Positions 23,668 to 33,002 of a stretch of 36,937 bases of DNA are shown here, piece by piece. Origin of the DNA: a virus (Duplodnaviria > Caudoviricetes); the IMG/VR virus record IMGVR_UViG_3300005326_000738, positions 1-36,937 of that record; one strand, 5' to 3'. The translations under genes and the position numbers were made by a program. The notes beneath the pieces were generated by a model. It did not search any database. It saw only the letters and a list, made by a program, of their open reading frames with translations, and had not been told where the DNA came from. Every line of letters begins with the position of its first letter. The stretch's first letter is position 1.

Positions 23668-24941
23668 GTAATTTATCCAATGTATATAACAAATTTGCAA
23701 AAAAGTGGGGGAGAGACATCTCTCCCACGGTACTGCTCATATTTGTTGTGGCATCGGCGACAACATTATTTGCCCTATGCCCTATACTGAGGCTAAGCCG
23801 GTACATGGTGCTGTGCTATGCACTGATCATTGGGAGCGGATTATTACTATTTAAAACATCGGCGCCTACCGGGGCTCTTTTTATATGGCTGGGGGTAATT
23901 TGTTATATTCACAAAAGCACGCCGATTCTGGCGGCGCTTGCAATCCTGATGTATGCGATCGTTTTGCTCTATATAATCATAAAGGAGATTAAAAGACCGT
24001 GGATATATAATACGGTCTGTGTTCTCGCAATGATTTGCGCATGTTCGCAGTGGCTCCAGTTTTGGGATATAGCTATAATTTTTAAACCTGTTATGCCGGG
24101 GCAATATACCGGCATCTTAGGGAACCCTAATGAAACATCAGCGTTTATGGCCGTATGTTTGCCTGGATTTTTCCGCAGGCGCTGGATATGGTTCATATTT
24201 ATTCCAATAACCGGTCTTTTCCTGGCTAAATCATTAATAGGCGTCATGGCCTCTGCTATAATAGGCTGCGCCTGGCTGGTATCACGGAGATCACGCATAT
24301 CGTTGAGAACGGCCTGTCTTGCTGCTGTACTGATATGCGTCGCGGTTACAGGTTATATGGTCCACGTGGACCACTTCAACTGGCAATTGCAAAAAAACTC
24401 CCGTCTTATAGTCTGGCAGGAAAGCATAACCGCGTCGCTTTATAAATCAAAATCTCTCACTGGCTGGGGGTTCGGCCAGTATAGCGTGGTAATCCCGATG
24501 CTGACAGCGCCGCTGAGCATACGCGATGTCAGGATTAAATTGGCAATGTATGCAGAGATTGAAGACAAAAAAGCATTTATAGACCTGATTAATGCCTTGT
24601 CAAAAAGTGATGTGGCAGGATATTACAAAACCAAAATATATCCTAATGAAGCTTATTTTGAAGCTCATAACGATTATGTGGAAATCCTTTTTGCCGCAGG
24701 CATGATGGCGCTTGTGCTGCTCATTACTGCTATAGCTCATTCACTCTGGAGCGGGTGGAGAAATCCCGACCGAATACCGTTTTACGGGCTGCTCGCTTCA
24801 TGTGCAGCAGCCGGGGTGTTTTTTGTGTGGCAAATTGTGCCCATTGCGATTGTATCGATCGTCTGGGCCGGATTGTGCCTGTCTGCTCGAAACCAGATAG
24901 TGGCCGGCTTAAAATCGAATAGCACGCAGGGGGTTGCATGA
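23664..24941 (+). CDS. O-antigen ligase / O-oligosaccharyltransferase family (WaaL/PglL, Wzy_C) membrane protein
   Basis: About 10-12 TM segments with GILGNPN, RLIVW, GWGFGQY and AHNDYVEILFAAG motifs; GTGA and ATGA overlaps with both neighbours. Confidence 0.9.
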   Translation: MSNLSNVYNKFAKKWGRDISPTVLLIFVVASATTLFALCPILRLSRYMVLCYALIIGSGLLLFKTSAPTGALFIWLGVICYIHKSTPILAALAILMYAIVLLYIIIKEIKRPWIYNTVCVLAMICACSQWLQFWDIAIIFKPVMPGQYTGILGNPNETSAFMAVCLPGFFRRRWIWFIFIPITGLFLAKSLIGVMASAIIGCAWLVSRRSRISLRTACLAAVLICVAVTGYMVHVDHFNWQLQKNSRLIVWQESITASLYKSKSLTGWGFGQYSVVIPMLTAPLSIRDVRIKLAMYAEIEDKKAFIDLINALSKSDVAGYYKTKIYPNEAYFEAHNDYVEILFAAGMMALVLLITAIAHSLWSGWRNPDRIPFYGLLASCAAAGVFFVWQIVPIAIVSIVWAGLCLSARNQIVAGLKSNSTQGVA

Positions 24942-25615
24942 GCACGCTGGTAGATATTGAAACAGAAGTAATCGGGATAGTGAAGGATGATTCCGGTAAG
25001 CTTGTGAATCCTGCCGATTACGATCAGGCTGTCAATACGGCGCTGATGCGTTATTCACGCCATAAACCCCTTAAGGTTACTGACGATATATCCGGGGACG
25101 GAACAAATCAAATATTGCTGCCCGTAGGATGGAGCCCGGAGTTTTCTTCTGTATTATCAATAGAATATCCGATAGGGGATTTCCCTCCGACTCTGCTCGA
25201 TGAGGAAGATTATTATGTCATAGACAGGGCCGGAACCGCGACACTCGATTTTGAACTGGCAGCAACGGACAGCGTCCGCGTTACTTATACGATGCTCCGT
25301 ACGGCTGATGATATACCGGATATTGATCTGCACGCCTTCTGTTTTCTTGCGGCATCGATATGCCTGGAACTGCTTGCAAACTCGTTTACACAGGACGGAG
25401 ATTCCACAATAAACGCTGACGTAGTGGATCACAAGTCAAAAGGGGCTGATTTTGCATCCCGTTCGAAGAAGCTTATGGCTCTCTATAAAGATCATATGGG
25501 AATTAAAGATAACGACACATCGCCTGCGGCATCGGCTGTGGCCGACCTTGACATAAAATACCCCGGAGGATCGGAGAGGCTGACACACCCGAGATGGGCG
25601 AGGAAAAGACGCTGA
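24938..25615 (+). CDS. Putative head-tail adaptor/neck protein
   Basis: Position after the head genes; ALMRYS...SIEYP pattern. Confidence 0.65.
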   Translation: MSTLVDIETEVIGIVKDDSGKLVNPADYDQAVNTALMRYSRHKPLKVTDDISGDGTNQILLPVGWSPEFSSVLSIEYPIGDFPPTLLDEEDYYVIDRAGTATLDFELAATDSVRVTYTMLRTADDIPDIDLHAFCFLAASICLELLANSFTQDGDSTINADVVDHKSKGADFASRSKKLMALYKDHMGIKDNDTSPAASAVADLDIKYPGGSERLTHPRWARKRR

Positions 25616-26127
25616 TGAAAATGGAAGCGACAGTAACGATTAAAGGGGCGATATTCGCGGGTAAAGGCCCTGAGATTATCCAGAGTGAGGTCCTGGCTTT
25701 TATGTATGAAGCAACGGCTTTCCTTGAGAGGAAAGTAAAAGAAAATATCCGGGAAGCAGGCAGAGTTGGAGTAGGTGGCGCACAGGGCGGGCTTTTATCA
25801 ACAATACACGGTGAGGTAGAGAAAGGAACGCCGGTAACAAAAGGCGTTGTGGCACATCAGAGCAAATATGGCGATGTAATTGAAAAAGGCCGTACTCCCG
25901 GAAAGACATGGCCGCCTGAAGGGGCCCTGCTGAAATGGATGATGCTGAAGATGGGGCTGGGAGAGACAGAGGCAAAGCGCCTTGAGTTTGTTGTGAGGCG
26001 GAAGATAGGACGGAAAGGATTTCCCGGCATTCACATGTTTGAAAAGGCATGGACACGGTATCTGCCGCAGATAATTGCGATGGCGGATACGCACGGACTG
26101 AAATTAGCGGAGCGGTTAAGTGAGTGA
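25615..26127 (+). CDS. HK97 gp10-like neck/tail completion protein
   Basis: YGDVIEKGRTPG.TWPP..L..W...RKIGRKG.PG.HMFEKA. Confidence 0.75.
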   Translation: MKMEATVTIKGAIFAGKGPEIIQSEVLAFMYEATAFLERKVKENIREAGRVGVGGAQGGLLSTIHGEVEKGTPVTKGVVAHQSKYGDVIEKGRTPGKTWPPEGALLKWMMLKMGLGETEAKRLEFVVRRKIGRKGFPGIHMFEKAWTRYLPQIIAMADTHGLKLAERLSE

Positions 26128-26566
26128 GTCAATAGCACGGACAGGGATTTATACCATTTTAAACGCAGTTACCGATGTCGGCAAGGTTTACGATTATGAG
26201 CGCTGGGCCAAGGACTGGGGCACGTTCATTAACCTGTTTAAGACGACAATCAGCGGCAAAGCACAGATCAGGGGCTGGGAGATCAAGAGAAAAGCCGCTA
26301 AAGAAGATGCTACAAATGCAAAAACACACATATATGGCATTAATGGATATATGGGCGTTGATGATTCGGCAGCTTCAGAAAAGACTTTTAACGCGGTTAT
26401 AGAAGCTATAGCGACAGCGTTCAGAGCAGATAAGACACTTAACAAGGCGGTGCTGGGACATGATTTTATTCAGGTTGAGTTAATTGAGCCTCGAATGTTT
26501 GCAAGCGTGCTTTGCCATTGTGCGGAGCTAAGTCTTGTCGTATACGACCATCAGTCAGGTGAATAA
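26120..26566 (+). CDS. Putative tail terminator
   Basis: Size and position; SEKTF...IEAIATAFRAD.TL...LCH.AEL. Confidence 0.65.
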   Translation: MSESIARTGIYTILNAVTDVGKVYDYERWAKDWGTFINLFKTTISGKAQIRGWEIKRKAAKEDATNAKTHIYGINGYMGVDDSAASEKTFNAVIEAIATAFRADKTLNKAVLGHDFIQVELIEPRMFASVLCHCAELSLVVYDHQSGE

Positions 26567-26612
26567 ACCCGGGCAGCAATTCCTGGGGATTAAATAGGAT
26601 AAGGAGGATAAA

Positions 26613-26870
26613 ATGCCATACAGATTAAAATTGAAACAACCCGATTTTGAACCGGTTGAAGGGCCTTATGCAAACAAAAAATTCAACGCCGGGGAAATTT
26701 ATCAGGATATACCACGGGAGTTTGCCTCCAGGTTTGAAGAGATAAAAGTGGAAGCTCCGAAGACTGTTGTCTTGCCTGCATCAGATCAGCCCCCGGCAAA
26801 AGAAGCGAATGAAAAAGCGGAAGCATCGAAGAATCCTAAATCGAACGTAAATACCGGAGGTGACAAATGA
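26613..26870 (+). CDS. Small protein preceding the tail tube
   Basis: AAGGAGG RBS; Pro/Ala/Glu-rich tail. Confidence 0.7.
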   Translation: MPYRLKLKQPDFEPVEGPYANKKFNAGEIYQDIPREFASRFEEIKVEAPKTVVLPASDQPPAKEANEKAEASKNPKSNVNTGGDK

Positions 26871-28138
26871 AGAACCCTTTTGAGGAACACAATCTGGTGG
26901 CCTTTTCTGCAAATGCAGCAGAGATTGCCCTCAATACCGAACAGACCTTGGACACTACGTTTCACGTCGGGCAGGGGAAACTGATACGATTAATTCCACG
27001 CCTGGAAGACAATGCAAATGAGAACACCGGGAAGGAGGAGCCTGATACCACCTATAAAATGCCATATCGTTCCGAGGCTTCCCTTGAACCGGTGAGACCC
27101 ACAGCCCAGCATTTCGGGTTCTTTTATGCTTTCGGGCTCGGATTGGATACCCCTGCCGCGTGGGGTACAGGGTATAAGCACATTATCACTCCGCTGGTGT
27201 CCCGTTATATGCCAAGCATGACCGGTGCAAACCGGGTAGGTCAGACAATTTTCAAAAGGCGCTTTGGCGGGCTTTTTATGGACACGGTCTCGGCAAATTT
27301 TACAAAAGGATCATGGGCTAAGATATCGGGAGGCGTTAAAGGCACAGGCAAATTCACCGACAGTGTTACAAAAGAAACTGTTAATGCGGCTTACAATGCC
27401 GCATCGCTTACCCTTGCCGCTAACGTAGTCCAGGGAACAACTGCCGCCGAACGGCTTGACAGCATCCACAATGTGCGCGTAAAGGTCCCAACAACGGGAG
27501 AATGGGCGGATGTGGTTGTTACTGCGGTATCCGATGCCGAACCCGCTGTACTCACGATCACACCCCCAGGGGGCGCAGTCACATTGTGCGATTATGAGAT
27601 TCTTTATGCGCCGGAAGAAGCTGCCTGGGCTACATTCCCGGCACGGATAACAGAACCGCCCCTTTTTGTGGCAAACATGATCGTGAATGTCGGGGGCAAG
27701 TGGAACGGTACGACCCTGCTTGGAGGCCATAATATTGCAAATGAGCTGAAAAGCATCGACCACACTCTGAACAATAATATGTCCATCGAAGATCGACCGG
27801 ATGGGAACGGGTTGTATGCTAATTATGGCATACGCAATAACCGTGTCCAGAAATTAAAGCTGAACCGTGAGGCAAAAGATTTCTTATTAGAGCAACGGCT
27901 GCTCGACAATGAAGACATCACTGTCTATGTTGAATGCATAGGCGCGGAATGGGCCACGGGATACAACTACTATTTTAAACTGCTCTGCCCGCAGTGTACT
28001 CTCCTGACAAAGCCTTTTGAGCAGGACGGTAAGTTTATAGCCGAAGTAGGGGACCTGCTCGTAAAGCAGGATAGCACATACGGGTCAGTCCGGGTCGAAG
28101 TGGCTAATAGGGTCGCGGCATATGCAGCAGCAGCGTAA
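26867..28138 (+). CDS. Major tail tube protein (with probable inserted beta domain)
   Basis: Position before chaperone and tape measure; YKHIITP, LNNN motifs; long for a tube protein; no sheath gene. Confidence 0.8.
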   Translation: MKNPFEEHNLVAFSANAAEIALNTEQTLDTTFHVGQGKLIRLIPRLEDNANENTGKEEPDTTYKMPYRSEASLEPVRPTAQHFGFFYAFGLGLDTPAAWGTGYKHIITPLVSRYMPSMTGANRVGQTIFKRRFGGLFMDTVSANFTKGSWAKISGGVKGTGKFTDSVTKETVNAAYNAASLTLAANVVQGTTAAERLDSIHNVRVKVPTTGEWADVVVTAVSDAEPAVLTITPPGGAVTLCDYEILYAPEEAAWATFPARITEPPLFVANMIVNVGGKWNGTTLLGGHNIANELKSIDHTLNNNMSIEDRPDGNGLYANYGIRNNRVQKLKLNREAKDFLLEQRLLDNEDITVYVECIGAEWATGYNYYFKLLCPQCTLLTKPFEQDGKFIAEVGDLLVKQDSTYGSVRVEVANRVAAYAAAA

Positions 28139-28169
28139 AACAGTGAAAAATAAAAATTAAGGAGGCCAC

Positions 28170-28664
28170 ATGTTTATAATCAATAATCCGGATATAGAAC
28201 AGGCTAAAAAAGGGGGAAAGTGGTTTGAAAGGGACTGGTTTGGCAGCACCTTAAGTATGAAAATCCGGGCCAATACGGAAAATGCAACAAAAAGCATAAA
28301 AGATAGATTTAAGGGTATGAAGGATGGCAAAAAGAAAGATGATAGTATTTTTGAAGCTGTATATGATTATTTACTCGAAGACTTCGGTGTGGTTAACCCT
28401 AAAACAGGTGAAATAGAACCTATAGCTGAACGGCTTCCTGATGGGTCCATTAAAATTATGGAAGTGAATATTGTCAATAAAAAGAAGTTTCTTTTTATGC
28501 CTCCGCCGATAGGAGAAGAAAACAATTATATCTTTATAACCAACAAAGCAAACGAACTTGCATACGAGGTGCGTGAGGAAGAAGTAAAAAACTTAAATCC
28601 CTCGCCGAGTATTACTGCGGCGGCGGGGGACAATCTTCAGGAAACTTCCCCCCTTCAGGGATAG
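28170..28664 (+). CDS. Tail assembly chaperone (gpG-like)
   Basis: AAGGAGG RBS; ends EEEVKNL at a slippery site; between tube and tape measure. Confidence 0.85.
   Translation: MFIINNPDIEQAKKGGKWFERDWFGSTLSMKIRANTENATKSIKDRFKGMKDGKKKDDSIFEAVYDYLLEDFGVVNPKTGEIEPIAERLPDGSIKIMEVNIVNKKKFLFMPPPIGEENNYIFITNKANELAYEVREEEVKNLNPSPSITAAAGDNLQETSPLQG
28586..28630 (+). promoter_or_regulatory. -1 programmed ribosomal frameshift signal
   Basis: A AAA AAC (28586-28592), 5-nt spacer, 10-bp stem TCCCTCGCCG / CGGCGGGGGA. Confidence 0.85.
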
Positions 28665-29161
28665 GAGCTGAGGGCTTATCCCTGGATGATTTTACCGAGG
28701 GAGATGAGCCGGAGACTTACCCTCAGGAGGCTTTCCCCTTTCGGGTACATGCACCGAGGGTTTTACCGGGCAATATCAAAATATGGACGCTTCTCAAGCT
28801 TGGCGCAACGCAATGGAGAACGGGGGCAAAATCCACCCCCGTTGAAGTCAAAAACAAAATGGGTGAAATAGTAAGGACGGTTCTTTGGATCGATACTAAA
28901 TATGAAAGTCTTGATTATGGGGTATTAACCCGGATGGCAGAAGGAATGCGCATTCCCATTAATCAAACCTTTTTTGAGAATCTCAATATATTTGAGCATA
29001 TCGCCAAGAAATATCTTAACGGGCAAACAGATAATAATACATGTAATGCGAAGAAAAAGGAAGAGTGCAGATTTGATTTCGGTGAATGGCTTGAGAGCGC
29101 CTGTAAGACCTGTAAAAATAATGTAAAAAGTTGTTTACCAATGGAAGACTTTGATGAATGA
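28592..29161 (+). CDS. -1 frame extension of the tail chaperone (gpGT-like, DUF1799-like)
   Basis: Open from the slip site to 29161: LKSLAEYY...PGNIKIW...TQWR...SLDY...L.IFE; fused product about 330 aa. Confidence 0.8.
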   Translation, partial: LKSLAEYYCGGGGQSSGNFPPSGIGAEGLSLDDFTEGDEPETYPQEAFPFRVHAPRVLPGNIKIWTLLKLGATQWRTGAKSTPVEVKNKMGEIVRTVLWIDTKYESLDYGVLTRMAEGMRIPINQTFFENLNIFEHIAKKYLNGQTDNNTCNAKKKEECRFDFGEWLESACKTCKNNVKSCLPMEDFDE

Positions 29162-32100
29162 AACTAAAATAATTTTTACCGGCGATCCTCAAAGCCTTAT
29201 CAATGCATTCAACACTGCTGCTGCCAGCGCCGCAAAATTTAACAAGGACATGGAAACCCTGCAGAAGAGTCTTATATCGTCGGCGGAAGAGCAAGCCAAG
29301 GCCGAACAAGCCAAAAACAATAAGATAAAAGAACTTAATGAAGAGCAATATGGATCACAAAAAACACTTGCAGGAAAAATCAAGGACGCTTGGAACACAG
29401 CATACGAAGACATAAAGCAAACAGCTAAAAATGCAGCAAGTTCCGTCTATGAGGACATAAAAAAAGCATCGGCAAGTGTTTATGAAGATGTAAAAAAGTC
29501 AGCAAGCTCTGCATGGTCTACCATCGGAGAATGGGCCGGGAAAGCTGGCGAATATCTGACAGGAGTGATCGAAAAAACCGCTGCTGTAAGTGTGGCATTT
29601 TGGGCATGGGGTGCAGCGGGAGCGTCTGTTGTGGCGAATATATTTACAGGTGTCACCATACTGATAGGTGCTTATAAATCCCTTGAATTTATCATCGGGT
29701 TGTTCACCGGATCAAGCTACAAGAGTGAACATATAGATGCTTTAATTGCCGAAAGAGATGCAGTAGAAAATCTGAGAAAATCCTTGCAATTGTCTACAGC
29801 AGATACTCAGGCTACACGTGGCGCAATGCAGGCCCTGGGCATTTCTTCGTCCGATGTAACAACTGTATATGATGGTGTGAGAACATCTTTGCGAAACAAT
29901 ACTGACGAACTTACACGACTTGGTGTGAAATATAAGGATGCAAATGGAAATATCTTAGATCAGCGAACAATTCTTGAGAATGCAAAGGGAGTTCTCGACC
30001 AATATACCGAAGGATGGGATAGAAATCAAGCAGCCGTTGCGATTGGTATGGGTTCTTATGAGCAAATAGGTAATACACTCAAAATCACAGATGCTGAATT
30101 ACAAAGGGCTAAGGAAGGTCTTGATAAATATCATTTAGGTATAGGCAAGGAAACTAACGAGGCAGTAGATGAATATCAGAAAGCAATGCTCTCATTTAAA
30201 AATGAATCAAAATTAATGGCTGATGGCCTGAGCCGGGCCATTTCTGACCAGATCATGCCCGCATTCACGAGTCTGGCGAATTTCTTTAGCGGCGGATGGC
30301 CTCGTGTGGTAGATATTTTCCGCTATTCAATGGCTACGGTGACGAGCCTTTTATATGGGTTAAAAACATCTTTTGATATTGTGGTTGATTCTGTTAAAGC
30401 TGGCTTTGGAGTTGTAGGCGATATCTTTGTAGGCTTAGCAAAAGCATCTATCGCAGCATTGAAAGGTGATTTTTCCGGGGCAAAAGATGCACTTGCCGGT
30501 ATATGGACAGATGTAAAAACCACGGCTTCAAAGACCTGGGCAGAAATGCAGGCGGACGCAGAACGCAGCAACAAAGCCATGAAAATGGCATGGGCGTTCG
30601 ATGGCAGAGAGATAGGAACAAAGGCTGCTGTAAAAGGAAAGACATGGGTCGCAGCAGTAAAAGATGATGCTGATGATGCTGATAAGGCAGTGAAGATGCT
30701 CGGCGCGTCAGAAAAATATATCCTCACTGCCTTGCTGACCGAATACAAAAATTATTATGAATCGGCTATTTTTGAAGCAGATAGATGGTTGATGCATCAG
30801 CAAGAAATAGGCACAAATGAGCTTGTTTCTACAACTGGTTATTATGATGCAAAAGATGCCGCCCTTTGGAAATATTATGATGATTCATGGAATGCAATAG
30901 AAAAAAGTGAAATATTAGAAGCCGAAAAGACCGCAAAGTTAAAAGAATTGAATGCCAATTATTATAAGACAATTGAAGACGATTTAAAAAAACAAGAAAA
31001 GGCTGAGATTGATTATAGAAAAAAGAATATTGAAGTTGAAGCAGCCATGCATAAAACCATCAATCAATATTCCAATGAGGCTGTAGCGGCAGATATTGCC
31101 CTGATTAAAAAGAAATATGTAGAAGCAAGCCGCTGGACAGACAAAACCATTGATCTTACAAAAGCTGAAGCACAGGAGATACGTAATTTACAAATAACCG
31201 CCTTGAATGCTTCAGAAAAATTTTATTCCAATATTTTTGGCTACAGCAAAGTTGCCTATCAAAAGAAACTCCAATTAATAGAGTTTGAACGACAGGATAA
31301 CATCCGCCTTTATGGTGATATAAGAGCTGCAAATCAAAAAGCCGTTGATGACACCATGCGTGCTTATATTCAAATGGCTCAGAAATCCGATAATTGGACC
31401 ACCGGTGTCAAAGCAGGACTCCTTCAGATTACTCAGGCACATGAGACCTGGGGGAATACGGCTTATGCCGTTACACAGGCATTTACAAACTCTGCCGGGC
31501 AGCAGTTGCAGACAAACCTCTTCAGCATATGGAAGGGAAATATTAGTGACATAAGAGTAGACTGGACGGCAATGACTGATGATTTCGGTATGACTTTAAC
31601 GAAGAAGCTCGCTGATATAATAAAAGAAACGGCGGCAAATAAAATCATACTTTATTTTACAAGCACTATGGAATCGTCGGCGGCGGGCGCTGGAACGGGA
31701 CTGCTCGGAAGTGCGATAAGCTCCGTATCCGATTGGCTCTTCGGCAGCAGCCCCGGCAATAATGATATGTACCAACTTGGAAATTATGACCCCGAAGGCG
31801 TAGGCCTGAGTTTTTCAGGCGGCGGCTGGGTACCCGGCACTGCTCTTGTATCAGGCAATTCAGCAATCAACGATATGATTAAAGGCTGGCTTTCTCCCAA
31901 CGAATATGTTGTTGACAGGGAGACAACGGCAGCCATTGCCGGAAAGGGCCGCTCCGGTGATACTCTACTTGCTCACATAAATATGGCGGAGGCTCAACTG
32001 TTAAAAGCACTTGGCGGGAAAGGTACGGTAAATCCTCAAACCGGCATCCTTGAATTTTCAACCGCTGACTCGGAAGCATGGGACAAATACAGCCAGATCA

Positions 32101-33002
32101 TGGCAGCAGTAACAAGTGGCAAATTAAAACCATCAGATTTCCCTATTCGGATAGCTGGCCCTGGTTCATCTTCCGGTAAATATTCAACCCAGGCGTGGGC
32201 CGAGTATTTCTGGCCAGATATAAATTCTCCTGTTACGCAAAATATTAAACGTACCGACACAACACAAGACGAAGGAAGCAGTCTTCTTGGTAATTTAATC
32301 GGTGAACAAGCCGCAGGTTTGGTGTCAATAGCAGGAAAAATACTTGCCACTACATACGGCGGGCCTATAGGTGCCATGATTGCCACAGCAGGCGGCAGAA
32401 TCGGCGGGAATCTTTTACAGGGCAATGACATGGACTGGGGCAGCATAGCAAAGGATACGGCAATAACGGGAGCTTTAGCTTATGCCATGCAGGGATTAAA
32501 AGCCGATACATTAATAGGTAGAATAGCAAAATTTATGACAGGTAAAGCTCTCGGAACGGGCTTAAGCACTCTTGCTTATGGGAATGGTGAAAGTTCTGGC
32601 CAGTCAGGAACGACTAAAACCACGGTAAGAATGGAAGATAATGGGCTGTTTGCAAGCCTTTACAATCAGATTGATGGCCTTTATAAAGATAAAGAATTTT
32701 CTATGTCTCCTTTTGCCGGAGTCCGCCGTGCTCATAGCGGATATTCCCCTGCCGCCCCGCTGAAGCTTGCAAACAATGAAATGCCGGTCATCATCGAAGA
32801 TACTGAGTCTATCCTTCCGGAGACACAGGTAGGCCAGATCGGCGCAAAACTGAACCAGATCATCGCCCTGTCGGCTAAAAGCACAAAGGGCAATGAATAT
32901 CACTTCCATTTCCACGGCACAATTATCGACAAAAAGGCCGTCAATGAATTTGCAGAGATGATCTATCCGAGATTAAAACAACTTGAGCAGTGGGGCCATT
33001 GA
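29154..33002 (+). CDS. Tape measure protein
   Basis: About 1280 aa, helical, Ala-rich, 11-aa repeats (VYEDIKKASAS / VYEDVKKSASS), C-terminal FSGGGWV...LSPNEYVV. Confidence 0.93.
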   Translation: MNETKIIFTGDPQSLINAFNTAAASAAKFNKDMETLQKSLISSAEEQAKAEQAKNNKIKELNEEQYGSQKTLAGKIKDAWNTAYEDIKQTAKNAASSVYEDIKKASASVYEDVKKSASSAWSTIGEWAGKAGEYLTGVIEKTAAVSVAFWAWGAAGASVVANIFTGVTILIGAYKSLEFIIGLFTGSSYKSEHIDALIAERDAVENLRKSLQLSTADTQATRGAMQALGISSSDVTTVYDGVRTSLRNNTDELTRLGVKYKDANGNILDQRTILENAKGVLDQYTEGWDRNQAAVAIGMGSYEQIGNTLKITDAELQRAKEGLDKYHLGIGKETNEAVDEYQKAMLSFKNESKLMADGLSRAISDQIMPAFTSLANFFSGGWPRVVDIFRYSMATVTSLLYGLKTSFDIVVDSVKAGFGVVGDIFVGLAKASIAALKGDFSGAKDALAGIWTDVKTTASKTWAEMQADAERSNKAMKMAWAFDGREIGTKAAVKGKTWVAAVKDDADDADKAVKMLGASEKYILTALLTEYKNYYESAIFEADRWLMHQQEIGTNELVSTTGYYDAKDAALWKYYDDSWNAIEKSEILEAEKTAKLKELNANYYKTIEDDLKKQEKAEIDYRKKNIEVEAAMHKTINQYSNEAVAADIALIKKKYVEASRWTDKTIDLTKAEAQEIRNLQITALNASEKFYSNIFGYSKVAYQKKLQLIEFERQDNIRLYGDIRAANQKAVDDTMRAYIQMAQKSDNWTTGVKAGLLQITQAHETWGNTAYAVTQAFTNSAGQQLQTNLFSIWKGNISDIRVDWTAMTDDFGMTLTKKLADIIKETAANKIILYFTSTMESSAAGAGTGLLGSAISSVSDWLFGSSPGNNDMYQLGNYDPEGVGLSFSGGGWVPGTALVSGNSAINDMIKGWLSPNEYVVDRETTAAIAGKGRSGDTLLAHINMAEAQLLKALGGKGTVNPQTGILEFSTADSEAWDKYSQIMAAVTSGKLKPSDFPIRIAGPGSSSGKYSTQAWAEYFWPDINSPVTQNIKRTDTTQDEGSSLLGNLIGEQAAGLVSIAGKILATTYGGPIGAMIATAGGRIGGNLLQGNDMDWGSIAKDTAITGALAYAMQGLKADTLIGRIAKFMTGKALGTGLSTLAYGNGESSGQSGTTKTTVRMEDNGLFASLYNQIDGLYKDKEFSMSPFAGVRRAHSGYSPAAPLKLANNEMPVIIEDTESILPETQVGQIGAKLNQIIALSAKSTKGNEYHFHFHGTIIDKKAVNEFAEMIYPRLKQLEQWGH

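Noticed and set aside
23664-24941. Classical serotype-conversion (gtr or wzy) moron
   Set aside because: No gtrA/gtrB, no visible separate promoter and no marked AT shift, and it is coupled to late structural genes; kept only as an alternative hypothesis.
28648-28665. CCCCCCTTCAGGGATAGG as another micro-element copy
   Set aside because: Only 13/18 identical to the nearest copy, with an altered foot; possible but unsupported.
28686-28871. 61-aa ORF after the tail chaperone
   Set aside because: Explained by the overlapping -1 frameshift frame.
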